Shown: piece after piece, positions 18,011-26,691 of the stretch
Position numbering within the stretch: the first letter of the stretch is position 1
Layout of the letters: the number at the start of each line of letters is the position of its first letter
Assembly: GCA_016218765.1 (NCBI GenBank)
Contig: JACRCZ010000048.1
Span: 40,779-104,778, forward strand
Reading direction: 5' to 3'
DNA: 64,000 nt
DNA from: Deltaproteobacteria bacterium
GTDB lineage: Bacteria; Myxococcota_A; Polyangia; DRWM01; JAAZOP01
Position numbers and translations under genes: made by a program
Notes under the pieces: model-generated
The model's database searches: none
The model's input: only the letters and a program-made list of their open reading frames with translations
Told to the model about the DNA's origin: nothing

Positions 18011-19174
18011 CGGTGGGGGCTCGGCGTCATCGACGAGGATGCGGGCGATGATCTCGCGCATGATCTCGGAGGTGCCGGCGACGATGGTGCCGGGGCGGGC
18101 GTCGCGGTAGAAGCGCGAGATCGGGTACTCCTCCATCAGGCCGAAACCGCCGAAGAGCTGGAGACACTCGTCGGCGACGCGCTTGGCGACCTCGGTGCCC
18201 AGGAGCTTCGCCATCGAGCACTCCCGCACGCAGGCGTGGCCGTTCTGGTGCAGCCACGCGGCGTGGTGTACGAGGCACCGCGCGGATTCGACTTCGGTCG
18301 CGAGGTCGGCGAGCTTGTGGGTGAGGGCCTGGAACTTCGTCAGCGGGCGGCCGAAGGCCTTGCGCTCGCGCATGTAGGCCAGGGTCTCGTCCAGGCAGAG
18401 CCGCGCCGAGCCGACGCCGATCGCGGCGCCGCAGAGGCGCTCGAGCTGGAAGGCTTCCATGAGGTAGTAGAAGCCCATGTTCTCCTCGCCGATCAGGCGA
18501 TCGAGGGGGACCTTGACGTCCTCGAAGGCCAGCTCGGCGGTGTCGGACGAGTGCCAGCCGATCTTCTCCAGGCGGCGGGCGACGCGGACGCCGGGGAGGT
18601 CGGTGTCGACGACGAAGAGGGAGATGCCGCCGACGCCGTGTTCGGGCGCGGTCTTGGCGGCGACGGTGAGGAACTGGCCGTCGGCGCCGTTGGTGATGAA
18701 GATCTTGCTGCCATTGAGGAGGAAATGGTCGTCCTTGCGGACGGCGCGGGTGCGCAGCGCGGAGACGTCGGAGCCCGCGTCCGGCTCGGTCACGGCCAGC
18801 GCGCCGACGGCCTTGCCGGCGACGGACGGCGCGACGTAGCGCTGCTTGAGCGCCTCGGTCCCCCAGCGGAAGATGTGCTGGGTGGCCATGAACTGCTGGA
18901 CGGAGACGGCGGCGCAGAAGCCGCCCATGCGGGAGCGCGGCAGCTCCTCGAGGAAGGCGACGGCGTGGAAGACGTCGCCGCCCGCGCCGCCCAGCTCGGG
19001 CGGGAAGAGGAGCCCGAGGAACCCCAGCTCGCCCATGCGGGCGAAGATCGAGCGCGGGATGCGACGTTCCTTCTCCCAGGCGTCGGCGTTCGGCGCGACC
19101 TCCTTCTCCAGGAAGCGGCGCACGGAAGCGCGGAACGTGTCGTGTTCGGGGGTGAAGTACGGGGAGGGCATCAC
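17990..19174 (-). CDS. Acyl-CoA dehydrogenase
   Basis: ACAD family features include AVTEPDAGSDV and FITNG. The ORF is 394 aa. Confidence 0.85.
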   Translation of the reverse strand: MMPSPYFTPEHDTFRASVRRFLEKEVAPNADAWEKERRIPRSIFARMGELGFLGLLFPPELGGAGGDVFHAVAFLEELPRSRMGGFCAAVSVQQFMATQHIFRWGTEALKQRYVAPSVAGKAVGALAVTEPDAGSDVSALRTRAVRKDDHFLLNGSKIFITNGADGQFLTVAAKTAPEHGVGGISLFVVDTDLPGVRVARRLEKIGWHSSDTAELAFEDVKVPLDRLIGEENMGFYYLMEAFQLERLCGAAIGVGSARLCLDETLAYMRERKAFGRPLTKFQALTHKLADLATEVESARCLVHHAAWLHQNGHACVRECSMAKLLGTEVAKRVADECLQLFGGFGLMEEYPISRFYRDARPGTIVAGTSEIMREIIARILVDDAEPPPVSARSS

Positions 19175-19257
19175 CGGTCTCCTTTCGACTCGCCGGGCGC
19201 ACTCGCCCCGCCGCTCGCGGCGCTCGGGCGGGGCTGCGTGGCGCCCCTACTCACGAC

Positions 19258-21378
19258 TCACGCTCCCCCGTGGAACTTGCCCCCCCGGCGAGCGAGGTCG
19301 ACCAGCATCGGCGGGGGCGCGAAGCGGGGCCCGTGGCGGGCGGCGAGGTCCTCCATGCGGCGGACGACGGCGGGGGCGCCGACGGCGTCGACGTGGCGGA
19401 ACGGGCCGCCGCGGAAGGGCGGGAAGCCGAGGCCCAGGATGCCGGCGGTGTCGCCGTCGCCGGGCGAAGCAATGACGCCTTCCTCCAGGCACCGGATCGC
19501 CTCGGCGACCATGAGCAGGGCGAGGCGGTCGGCGAGGTCGGCCGCCGGGATGTCGCGCGCGCTGCGGCCGTCGAAGAACGCGTAGACCTCGCCGTTGGGG
19601 CGTTTGCGGGCCTTCTTGCCCGGCGGCGGGTAGAGATAGAAGCCGCGGCCGCTCTTGCGGCCCAGGAAGCCGGCCTCCTTCAGCTTCGGGAGCGCGGCGT
19701 TGACCACGCCCCCGCGCTCGACGAAGAGCGCGCCGAGGTCGCGGGCGACGTGGGCGCCGACGTCGATGCCGACCTCGTCGACGAGGGCCACGGGGCCGAC
19801 GGGGAAGCCGAAGTCGAGCAGCGCGCCGTCGACGGCCTCGATGGTCGCGCCCTCGCCGATGACGATCATCGCCTCGTTGAGGTACGGCGCGAGGATGCGG
19901 GTCGTGTAGAATCCCGGGCCGTCCTTGACGACGACGACCGACTTGCCCTGCGCGGCGGCGAAGGCGCGGGCCGTGTCGACGGCCCACGGCGCGGTCTGCG
20001 GGGCGACGATCAGCTCCAGGAGGGGCATCTTGGGCACCGGCGAGAAATAGTGCATCCCCAGCACGCGCTCGGGATGCTTCGCGCCTTCCGCGACGCGTGC
20101 GATGGCCAGGGCGGAAGTGTTGGAGGCGTACACCGCCTCGGGGGAGATGGCGTCCTCGGCTTCGGCGAGCACGCGGCGCTTGAGGGCCAGATCCTCGAAT
20201 ACGGCTTCGACGACGATGTCGGCGCCGCGCAGGTCGGCGGCGGACTTCGTCAGGAGCAGGCGCGAGCGGCGCCGGTCGGCCTCGTCGCGGTGGAGGGCGC
20301 CGGACTTGACCTGCTTGCGCAGACCCTCGTCGATCGACTTCGCGGCGCTCGTGAGGACGTCGTCGTTGATGTCGCGCAGGACGACGGGGGCAAGGCCGAG
20401 AGAGACGGAGGCGATGCCGGCGCCCATGAAGCCGGCGCCGAGGATCGCGGCGCGGTGGATGGGTCGCGGCTGCGCGCCGGCGGGGGACTTCTTGGCCTCG
20501 GTCATGGCGAGGAAGAGGCGGACGAGCGAGCGGGACTCCGGGCCGGCGCCGAGCTTCGCGAAGTGCCGGCTCTCGCACTCCTGGCCGGCGGCGGCGCCCT
20601 TGAGCAGTCCGGTCTGGACGCAGTCGAGGATGGCGAGCGGCGCGGGGTACAGGCCGCGAGTGCGGCGCAGGACCTGCTTGCGCGCGGTGCGGAGCACGAG
20701 GAGGCACAGCGGGGGCAGGAGCAGGGCGCGCTGGGCCAGGGGCAGGTCGCGACGTGCGAGCCTGCCTTCGGCGAGGGCCAAGGCGGCGCGGGCCGCCGTG
20801 TCGGCGATCCCGCCGGGGGTGGTGAGGGCATCGACCAGGCCGAGCTTGTGGGCCTTGCGGGCGCGGATGCGGCCGCCGGCCAGGAGCAGCGGCAGCGCGG
20901 CGGGCAGGCCGATCCGCCGGGGCAGGCGTTGCGTTCCGCCACCGGCCGGGAGCAGGCCGAGCATGACCTCGGCGGCGGAGAAGACGGTCTCCGGATCGTC
21001 CGAGGCGACGACGTAGTGGCACGCGAGGGCGATCTCGAGACCGCCGCCGAGCGCGGCGCCGTGGACGGCGGCGACGACGGGTTTGGGCGAGGCGGCGACG
21101 CGGTCGAGGAGCCTCTGGCCGCGGCGCGACAGGCCTTCGATGTCCGCGGGCGACAGGCCTTCGAGCACTTTCAGGTCGGCGCCGGCGACGAAGTTCTGCG
21201 GCTTGCCGCTGGCGACGACGAGGGCGCGGACGGAGGGATCGTCGAGCAAGGGGGCGGTCTCGCGCTCCAGCTCATCGACGAGCGCGGGGGAGAGGGTGTT
21301 GACCGCTCGGCCGGCGACGTCGAGGAAGAGGATGACGACGCCGTCGTCCCGGCGTTCGAGGCGCAGGTTGGTGCTCAT
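19258..21378 (-). CDS. fadB: Fused enoyl-CoA hydratase / 3-hydroxyacyl-CoA dehydrogenase (FadB/FadJ-like)
   Basis: The 706-aa product has an N-terminal crotonase domain and a C-terminal NAD-binding 3-HCDH domain (ILGAGFMGAGIA). A perfect SD (GAGGAGGA) precedes the ATG. Confidence 0.85.
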   Translation of the reverse strand: MSTNLRLERRDDGVVILFLDVAGRAVNTLSPALVDELERETAPLLDDPSVRALVVASGKPQNFVAGADLKVLEGLSPADIEGLSRRGQRLLDRVAASPKPVVAAVHGAALGGGLEIALACHYVVASDDPETVFSAAEVMLGLLPAGGGTQRLPRRIGLPAALPLLLAGGRIRARKAHKLGLVDALTTPGGIADTAARAALALAEGRLARRDLPLAQRALLLPPLCLLVLRTARKQVLRRTRGLYPAPLAILDCVQTGLLKGAAAGQECESRHFAKLGAGPESRSLVRLFLAMTEAKKSPAGAQPRPIHRAAILGAGFMGAGIASVSLGLAPVVLRDINDDVLTSAAKSIDEGLRKQVKSGALHRDEADRRRSRLLLTKSAADLRGADIVVEAVFEDLALKRRVLAEAEDAISPEAVYASNTSALAIARVAEGAKHPERVLGMHYFSPVPKMPLLELIVAPQTAPWAVDTARAFAAAQGKSVVVVKDGPGFYTTRILAPYLNEAMIVIGEGATIEAVDGALLDFGFPVGPVALVDEVGIDVGAHVARDLGALFVERGGVVNAALPKLKEAGFLGRKSGRGFYLYPPPGKKARKRPNGEVYAFFDGRSARDIPAADLADRLALLMVAEAIRCLEEGVIASPGDGDTAGILGLGFPPFRGGPFRHVDAVGAPAVVRRMEDLAARHGPRFAPPPMLVDLARRGGKFHGGA

Positions 21379-21388
21379 CGCGTCCTCC

Positions 21389-22672
21389 TCACGGCCGCTC
21401 CAGGACCATGGCGATGCCGATCGCGCCGGCGGCGCAGGCGGCGACGATGCCCCGGCGGGCCTTCTCGTGGCGCATGCGGTGCGCGGCGTTGAGGATCAGG
21501 CGCGCTCCGGTGGCGCCGAAGGGGTGGCCGAGGGAGAGCGAGCCGCCCCAGAGGTTGAGGCGGGCGGTGTCGATGAGCCCCACCGGACGGTCCCGGCCCA
21601 GCCGGTTGCGGCAGAACGGGCCGTCGGCGAGCATCTTCCGCACGGCGAGCACCTGCGCCGCGAAAGCCTCGTGCAGCTCGACGACCTCGACGTCGTCGAG
21701 CGTCGTGCCTGCGGCGTCGAGGGCGCGGGGCATGGCGAGGGCGGGACCGAGCAGCAACTCCTCGCGCGGGTCCATGCCGACGACGGAGGAGGAGCGGATG
21801 ACGGCGAGGGGCTCGAGGTGGAGGGCGCGGGCCTTGCGTTCGCTCATGAGGAGGACGGCGGCGGCGCCGTCGGTGAGGAAGGAGCTGTTGGCGGCGGTGA
21901 CGCTGCCGAGCTTGCGGTCGAAGGCGGGGGAGAGCCGGGCGATCTTCTCGAGGGTGGTGTCGCCGCGGAAGCCGTTGTCGGCCGTGATCGGTTTCTTGCG
22001 CGCCGGGAGGAAGGCGGGCTCGATCTGGGTGAGCAGTCCCGCCTCGGTCGCCTTCGCGGCGCGCGTGTGCGAGAGCACGGCGTATTCGTCCTGCTCCCGG
22101 CGGCCGATGGCGAGGCGGCGGGCGAGGCGCTCGCAGTTCTGGCCCATGGTCTCGCCGGTGGTGAACTCGGCGATCGCCGGGGCCTCGGGGAGGAGGTCGG
22201 CCGCCCTGAGCCCGCCGAGGAGCTTGAGCCAGTCGCGGGGGCCCTTGGCCTTCTGGGAGGCGATGAGGCGTTTGCGGACGGGTTTGCGGAAACGGATGGG
22301 GGCGTCGGAGAGGGTCTCGGCGCCGGCGGCGACGACGACGTCGGCGGCGCCGGTCTGGATGGCGCGCACGCCGTCGATGGCGGCCTGGAGGGAGGAGACG
22401 CAGGCGACGGTGACGGTGTAGGCGGGGCAGGAGACGGGGATGCCGGCGCCGACGACGACCTCGCGGCCGAGGTTGGTGGTGGCGGGGTCGGCGACGACGG
22501 AGCCCATGACGAGGAGGTCGATGGCGTTGGGATCGATGCGGGTGCGGTGCAGGAGGGCGGCGACGGCCATGCGACCCAGGTCGTAGGCGGTGAGCTCGGC
22601 GAAGTCGGTGCCCGAGCGGAGGAACGGCGTGCGGGCGCCCTCGATGACGACGACGGGTTCGAGCTGGGCCAT
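21389..22672 (-). CDS. fadA: Acetyl-CoA acetyltransferase / 3-ketoacyl-CoA thiolase
   Basis: The N-terminus reads VVIEGARTPF, which is thiolase-like. The 427-aa ORF sits immediately upstream of fadB in an operon. Confidence 0.85.
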   Translation of the reverse strand: MAQLEPVVVIEGARTPFLRSGTDFAELTAYDLGRMAVAALLHRTRIDPNAIDLLVMGSVVADPATTNLGREVVVGAGIPVSCPAYTVTVACVSSLQAAIDGVRAIQTGAADVVVAAGAETLSDAPIRFRKPVRKRLIASQKAKGPRDWLKLLGGLRAADLLPEAPAIAEFTTGETMGQNCERLARRLAIGRREQDEYAVLSHTRAAKATEAGLLTQIEPAFLPARKKPITADNGFRGDTTLEKIARLSPAFDRKLGSVTAANSSFLTDGAAAVLLMSERKARALHLEPLAVIRSSSVVGMDPREELLLGPALAMPRALDAAGTTLDDVEVVELHEAFAAQVLAVRKMLADGPFCRNRLGRDRPVGLIDTARLNLWGGSLSLGHPFGATGARLILNAAHRMRHEKARRGIVAACAAGAIGIAMVLERP

Positions 22673-22899
22673 GGGTGGATCCCCTTTCCCTTCTCTTGCG
22701 CGGTCTCCCCGCTAGATACCCCGTAAGGCGGTTGGATGTCTCGTGCAAACGGGGGGGGGAGGAGGGTCGTTGGTTCTTGGTGGGTCGGCCGGGTCGAGTC
22801 GTTGGTCCGGAGGTGCGGGGGAGTTGGACGATGGGCGGGATGTCCCGTATAATTCGCGCGTTGTCCCGGCGGGCGTCGGGAGGATGGAGGGCAGGGGCC

Positions 22900-25800
22900 A
22901 TGCGTGCACGCGTTTCGCGGTCGACTGCGCTTGGTGTGTTCTGGGTTTGCGCGGCGGTGACGGCGGTCGGGTGCGCGACGGGAACGGGGTCGCCGGCGGA
23001 CGCGGAGGCGGGGGAAGCGGTGGAGGGCGGCGACGGGGGGGAGGAGATCGAGGGAGGGGAGGAGGAGGGGGACGGCGACGGGGGCGGGGGCGAGATCGAA
23101 GGGGAGACGGACGCCGGGGACGAGGGGGAGGCGGGGGACGACGCGGACGTGGGCGGGGAGACCGGGTGCTCGAGCGTGGAGGAGTGCGACGACGGGATCG
23201 AGTGCACGGTGGACTCGTGCGACCCGCGGGACGGGATGTGCAAGCACGAGGCGTTGCACATGGCGTGCGACGACGGCAATCCGTGTTCGGGTGCGGAGAC
23301 GTGCGACGTGGTGCTGGGCTGCATGCCCGGGACGCCGGTGGACTGTTCGGACGAGTTCGACTGCACGGTGGACGCGTGCGACGCGTTGACGGCGGAGTGT
23401 CGTCACACGCCGAGCCACGCGTTGTGCACGGAGCCGCAGATCTGCGATCCGGCGCGGGGCGGGTGTGCGGATCCGCCGACGTGCGCGAGCGACGTCGACT
23501 GCGACGACGACGACGACTGCAACGGTGTGGAGACGTGCGGGCCGGGGTTGTTCTGCGTTCCGGGTGCGGCGGTGGTGTGCGACGACGGGGTGAGCTGCAC
23601 GGTGGACTCGTGCGACCCTGCGGGCGGAGCCTGCTCGTTCACGCCCAACGACGCGGCGTGCGCGGACGCGGACCTGTGCAACGGGGACGAGGCGTGCGAC
23701 CCGGCGGCGGGGTGCGGGCCCGGGGTGCCGGTGGACTGCGACGACGGGGTCGGCTGCACGGAGGATTCGTGCACGCCGGCGACGGGGCGGTGCCGCAACG
23801 CGGCGGACGACGCGCGTTGCGACGACGGGGTGCTGTGCAACGGCCAGGAGATCTGCGACGTGCGGTCGGGCTGTGCGGCGGGGACGCCGCCGGCGTGCAG
23901 CGACGGCATCGCGTGCACGGACGACCGGTGCAATCCCGGGACGGACCGGTGCGTGAACACGCCGAACGACGCGCCGTGTTCGGACGGGTCGTTCTGCAAC
24001 GGGGCCGAGGTCTGTTCGGCGGTGACGGGCTGCGGGGCGGGGACGGCGCCGGTGTGCAGCGACGGCATCGCGTGCACGACGGACGCGTGCGACCCGGCGG
24101 CCGGGGGCGGGGCGGGGGCGTGCGTCTCGACGGCGCCGGATCGCGACCGTGACACGTATGCGGACGCGGCGTGCACGGGGACGGACTGCGACGACCTGGA
24201 CGCGGCGGTGCATCCCGGTGCGGCGGAGAGCTGCAACGCGATCGACGACGACTGCGAGGGCGGGACGGACGAGACGTTCGCGTGCGTGCGCGGGACGACG
24301 ATGTCGTGCAGCACGAGCTGCGGCTCGGCCGGCACGCAGCTCTGCTCGAACACGTGCGCCTGGGGCGCGTGCACGCCGCCGGCGGAGACGTGCAACGGGT
24401 TCGACGACGACTGCCTGGCGGGCTGCGACAACGGCTGGGAGTGCTGCCGGGGCGAGAGGCGCTCGCAGAGCTGCGGGTTCTGCGGGACGCAGGAGCGTTC
24501 GTGCGGCGCGACGTGCGCGTGGGGCTCGTGGGGGGCGTGCACGGGGGCGGGCGAGTGCGCGGCGGGGGGTACGGAGACGCGGGCGTGCACCTGCGGCGGC
24601 ACGGAGTCGCGGACGTGCGGCTCGGGCTGCGCCTGGGGCGCGTGGAGCGGGTGTGCGGCGGGGGCGTGCACGCCGGGGGCGACGCAGTCCTGCACGACTT
24701 CGTGCGGCACGACGGGCCTGCAGACGTGCTCGGCCACCTGCTCGTGGGGTGCCTGCACGCCGCCCGCGGAGGTCTGCAACGGCACGGACGACGACTGCGA
24801 CCTGACGTGCGACGACGGGGTGGGGACGTGCTGCCGGGGTGCGACGGAGACGGCGAGCTGCGGGGCGTGCGCCACGCAGACGCGCACGTGCAACGCGAGC
24901 TGCGGCTGGGGCGCGTGGGGCTCGTGCACGGGCGGCGGGGTCTGCACGCCGGCGGCGACGGAGACGCGGGCGTGCACCTGCGGCGGGACGGAGTCGCGCA
25001 CGTGCCTGGGCACGTGCCTGTGGGGTGCGTGGAGCGGCTGTGCCGCGGGGGCGTGCACGCCGGGGTCGAGCCGCTCGTGTGCGACGGGGTGCGGGTCGAG
25101 CGGCACGGAGCTGTGCACGGCGAGCTGCACGTGGAGCGGGACGTGCGTTCCGCCGGCGGAGACGTGCAACGGGGCGGACGACGACTGCGTGGCGGGTTGC
25201 GACAACGGGGTGGGCGAGTGCTGTCGGGGCGGAACGCAGAGCCAGAGCTGCGGCTTCTGCGGGACGCAGACGCGCTCGTGCGGGGCGACGTGCGCCTGGG
25301 CCGCGTGGGGCTCGTGCACGGGCGGCGGCGTGTGCGCGGCGGGCTCGACGGAGACGCGCGCGTGCGCGTGCGGCGGGACGGAGTCGCGCACGTGCAGTCC
25401 GTCGTGCGCGTGGGGGGCGTGGAGCGGGTGCGGAGCGGGCTCGTGCACGCCGGGCACGACGGGCTCCTGCACGACGTCGTGCCTGTCGACGGGCACGCGG
25501 CTGTGCCAGGCCGACTGCACGTGGGGCCCGTGCAATCCGCCGTCGGAGTCGTGCAACGGGGCCGACGACGACTGCGACCTGCTGTGCGACGACGGGATGG
25601 GCACGTGCTGCCGCGGCGCGACGGAGTCGCAGGCCTGCGGGTACTGCAGCACCGGGACGCAGTCGCGGAGCTGCGGAGCGACCTGCACGTGGGGCGGGTG
25701 GAGCGCGTGCGTGGGCGGCGGCGCGTGCTCCCCGGCCTCGTCGCAGGCGTGCAGCAACTCGTGCGGCGCGGCCGGCACCCAGACGTGCTCGGCCGGCTGT

Positions 25801-26643
25801 GCGTGGGGCACCTGCTGCGCGGCGGCGGAGGTGTGCGGCAACGCGTGCGACGACGACTGCGACGGCTCGACGAACGAAGGGTGCTCGTGCACGGGCGACA
25901 CGTGCGCCTGCCCGCTGACGGTGGCAGGCGCGGGCGGGACGTACACGGGGACGACGTCCGGGATGGCGAACAACACGTCGGGCACGTGCGCTTCGTCGGC
26001 GTGTCCCGACGTGGTGTACTCGTTCACGCCGTCCACGACGGGCACGTGGGCGATCGACACGAACGGCTCGGCCTTCGACACGGTGCTGTACGTGCACTCG
26101 GGCGGCTGCCCGGGCACGCAGCTCGCGTGCGACGACGACAGCGGGAGCGGGAGCCAGTCGCGGGTGCTGGTGAGCCTGACGGCGGGAACGACGTACTACG
26201 TCTTTGTCGACGGCTACAACGGCCTCTTCGGCTGCTCGTCGGGGGCCTACACGCTGCACGTCTACCTGAGCGTGAGCGGCGGAGACACGTGCGCGGCGGC
26301 GCCGGCGATCTCGGGGGCGGGGAGCTGGGCCGGCGACACCTGCGCGCTGGCTTCCGACTACGCCGGCTCCTGTGCCGGCAGCGGCGGCAACGACGCGGTC
26401 TTCGCCTGGACGGCGCCGTCGGCGGGGACGTGGAACTTCGACCTCCAGTACTCGGCCTTCGACACCTCGCTCTACGTGCGCTCGGCCACATGCACGGGCA
26501 CGGAGATCGACTGCGACGACGACTACTGGGGCGTGGCCGGCGCTTCGTACTTCAGCGCGAGCCTCTCGGCCGGCCTGTACTACGTCTTCGTCGACGGGTA
26601 CGGCAGTGGGGACTGCGGGGCGTACCAGCTGGATATTTATTAG
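22900..26643 (+). CDS. Very large exported lipoprotein made of Myxococcus-type cysteine-rich repeats and MopE-like metal-binding motifs, with two C-terminal PPC-like (pre-peptidase C-terminal) domains
   Basis: The signal peptide/lipobox is MRARVSRSTALGVFWVCAAVTAVGC. An acidic linker follows. There are many C..D..C..C repeats and CxxDDDC motifs, and the C-terminus carries SAFDT.LYV...C.......D modules. Start chosen at an internal ATG with an upstream GGAGG-like RBS. Confidence 0.7.
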   Translation: MRARVSRSTALGVFWVCAAVTAVGCATGTGSPADAEAGEAVEGGDGGEEIEGGEEEGDGDGGGGEIEGETDAGDEGEAGDDADVGGETGCSSVEECDDGIECTVDSCDPRDGMCKHEALHMACDDGNPCSGAETCDVVLGCMPGTPVDCSDEFDCTVDACDALTAECRHTPSHALCTEPQICDPARGGCADPPTCASDVDCDDDDDCNGVETCGPGLFCVPGAAVVCDDGVSCTVDSCDPAGGACSFTPNDAACADADLCNGDEACDPAAGCGPGVPVDCDDGVGCTEDSCTPATGRCRNAADDARCDDGVLCNGQEICDVRSGCAAGTPPACSDGIACTDDRCNPGTDRCVNTPNDAPCSDGSFCNGAEVCSAVTGCGAGTAPVCSDGIACTTDACDPAAGGGAGACVSTAPDRDRDTYADAACTGTDCDDLDAAVHPGAAESCNAIDDDCEGGTDETFACVRGTTMSCSTSCGSAGTQLCSNTCAWGACTPPAETCNGFDDDCLAGCDNGWECCRGERRSQSCGFCGTQERSCGATCAWGSWGACTGAGECAAGGTETRACTCGGTESRTCGSGCAWGAWSGCAAGACTPGATQSCTTSCGTTGLQTCSATCSWGACTPPAEVCNGTDDDCDLTCDDGVGTCCRGATETASCGACATQTRTCNASCGWGAWGSCTGGGVCTPAATETRACTCGGTESRTCLGTCLWGAWSGCAAGACTPGSSRSCATGCGSSGTELCTASCTWSGTCVPPAETCNGADDDCVAGCDNGVGECCRGGTQSQSCGFCGTQTRSCGATCAWAAWGSCTGGGVCAAGSTETRACACGGTESRTCSPSCAWGAWSGCGAGSCTPGTTGSCTTSCLSTGTRLCQADCTWGPCNPPSESCNGADDDCDLLCDDGMGTCCRGATESQACGYCSTGTQSRSCGATCTWGGWSACVGGGACSPASSQACSNSCGAAGTQTCSAGCAWGTCCAAAEVCGNACDDDCDGSTNEGCSCTGDTCACPLTVAGAGGTYTGTTSGMANNTSGTCASSACPDVVYSFTPSTTGTWAIDTNGSAFDTVLYVHSGGCPGTQLACDDDSGSGSQSRVLVSLTAGTTYYVFVDGYNGLFGCSSGAYTLHVYLSVSGGDTCAAAPAISGAGSWAGDTCALASDYAGSCAGSGGNDAVFAWTAPSAGTWNFDLQYSAFDTSLYVRSATCTGTEIDCDDDYWGVAGASYFSASLSAGLYYVFVDGYGSGDCGAYQLDIY

Positions 26644-26690
26644 AGCGGTGGAGCGGGGGAGCGGCAGGGGGGAAGAGCGGGGGGGATTGG
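26643..26690. repeat. GGT[G/A]GAGC-family repeat copy plus G-tracts
   Basis: The sequence is GAGCGGTGGAGCGGGGGAGCGGCAGGGGGGAAGAGCGGGGGGG, directly after the stop of the Cys-rich repeat gene. Confidence 0.5.
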
Positions 26691-26691
26691 G

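Noticed and set aside
19247-23366. Arg-rich ORFs 19247..21022(-), 19270..21492(+), 21083..22726(+) and 21375..23366(-)
   Set aside because: They overlap the well-supported fadB and fadA genes in other frames and have polyarginine or glycine composition.
21844-26259. 1471-aa and 904-aa minus-strand ORFs (21844..26259 and 23403..26117), rich in Arg, Ala and Pro
   Set aside because: They are antisense to the Cys-rich repeat gene and to fadA. Their composition is the low-complexity Arg/Pro/Ala pattern typical of out-of-frame or antisense translation of 70% GC coding DNA, and they have no signal or motif content.
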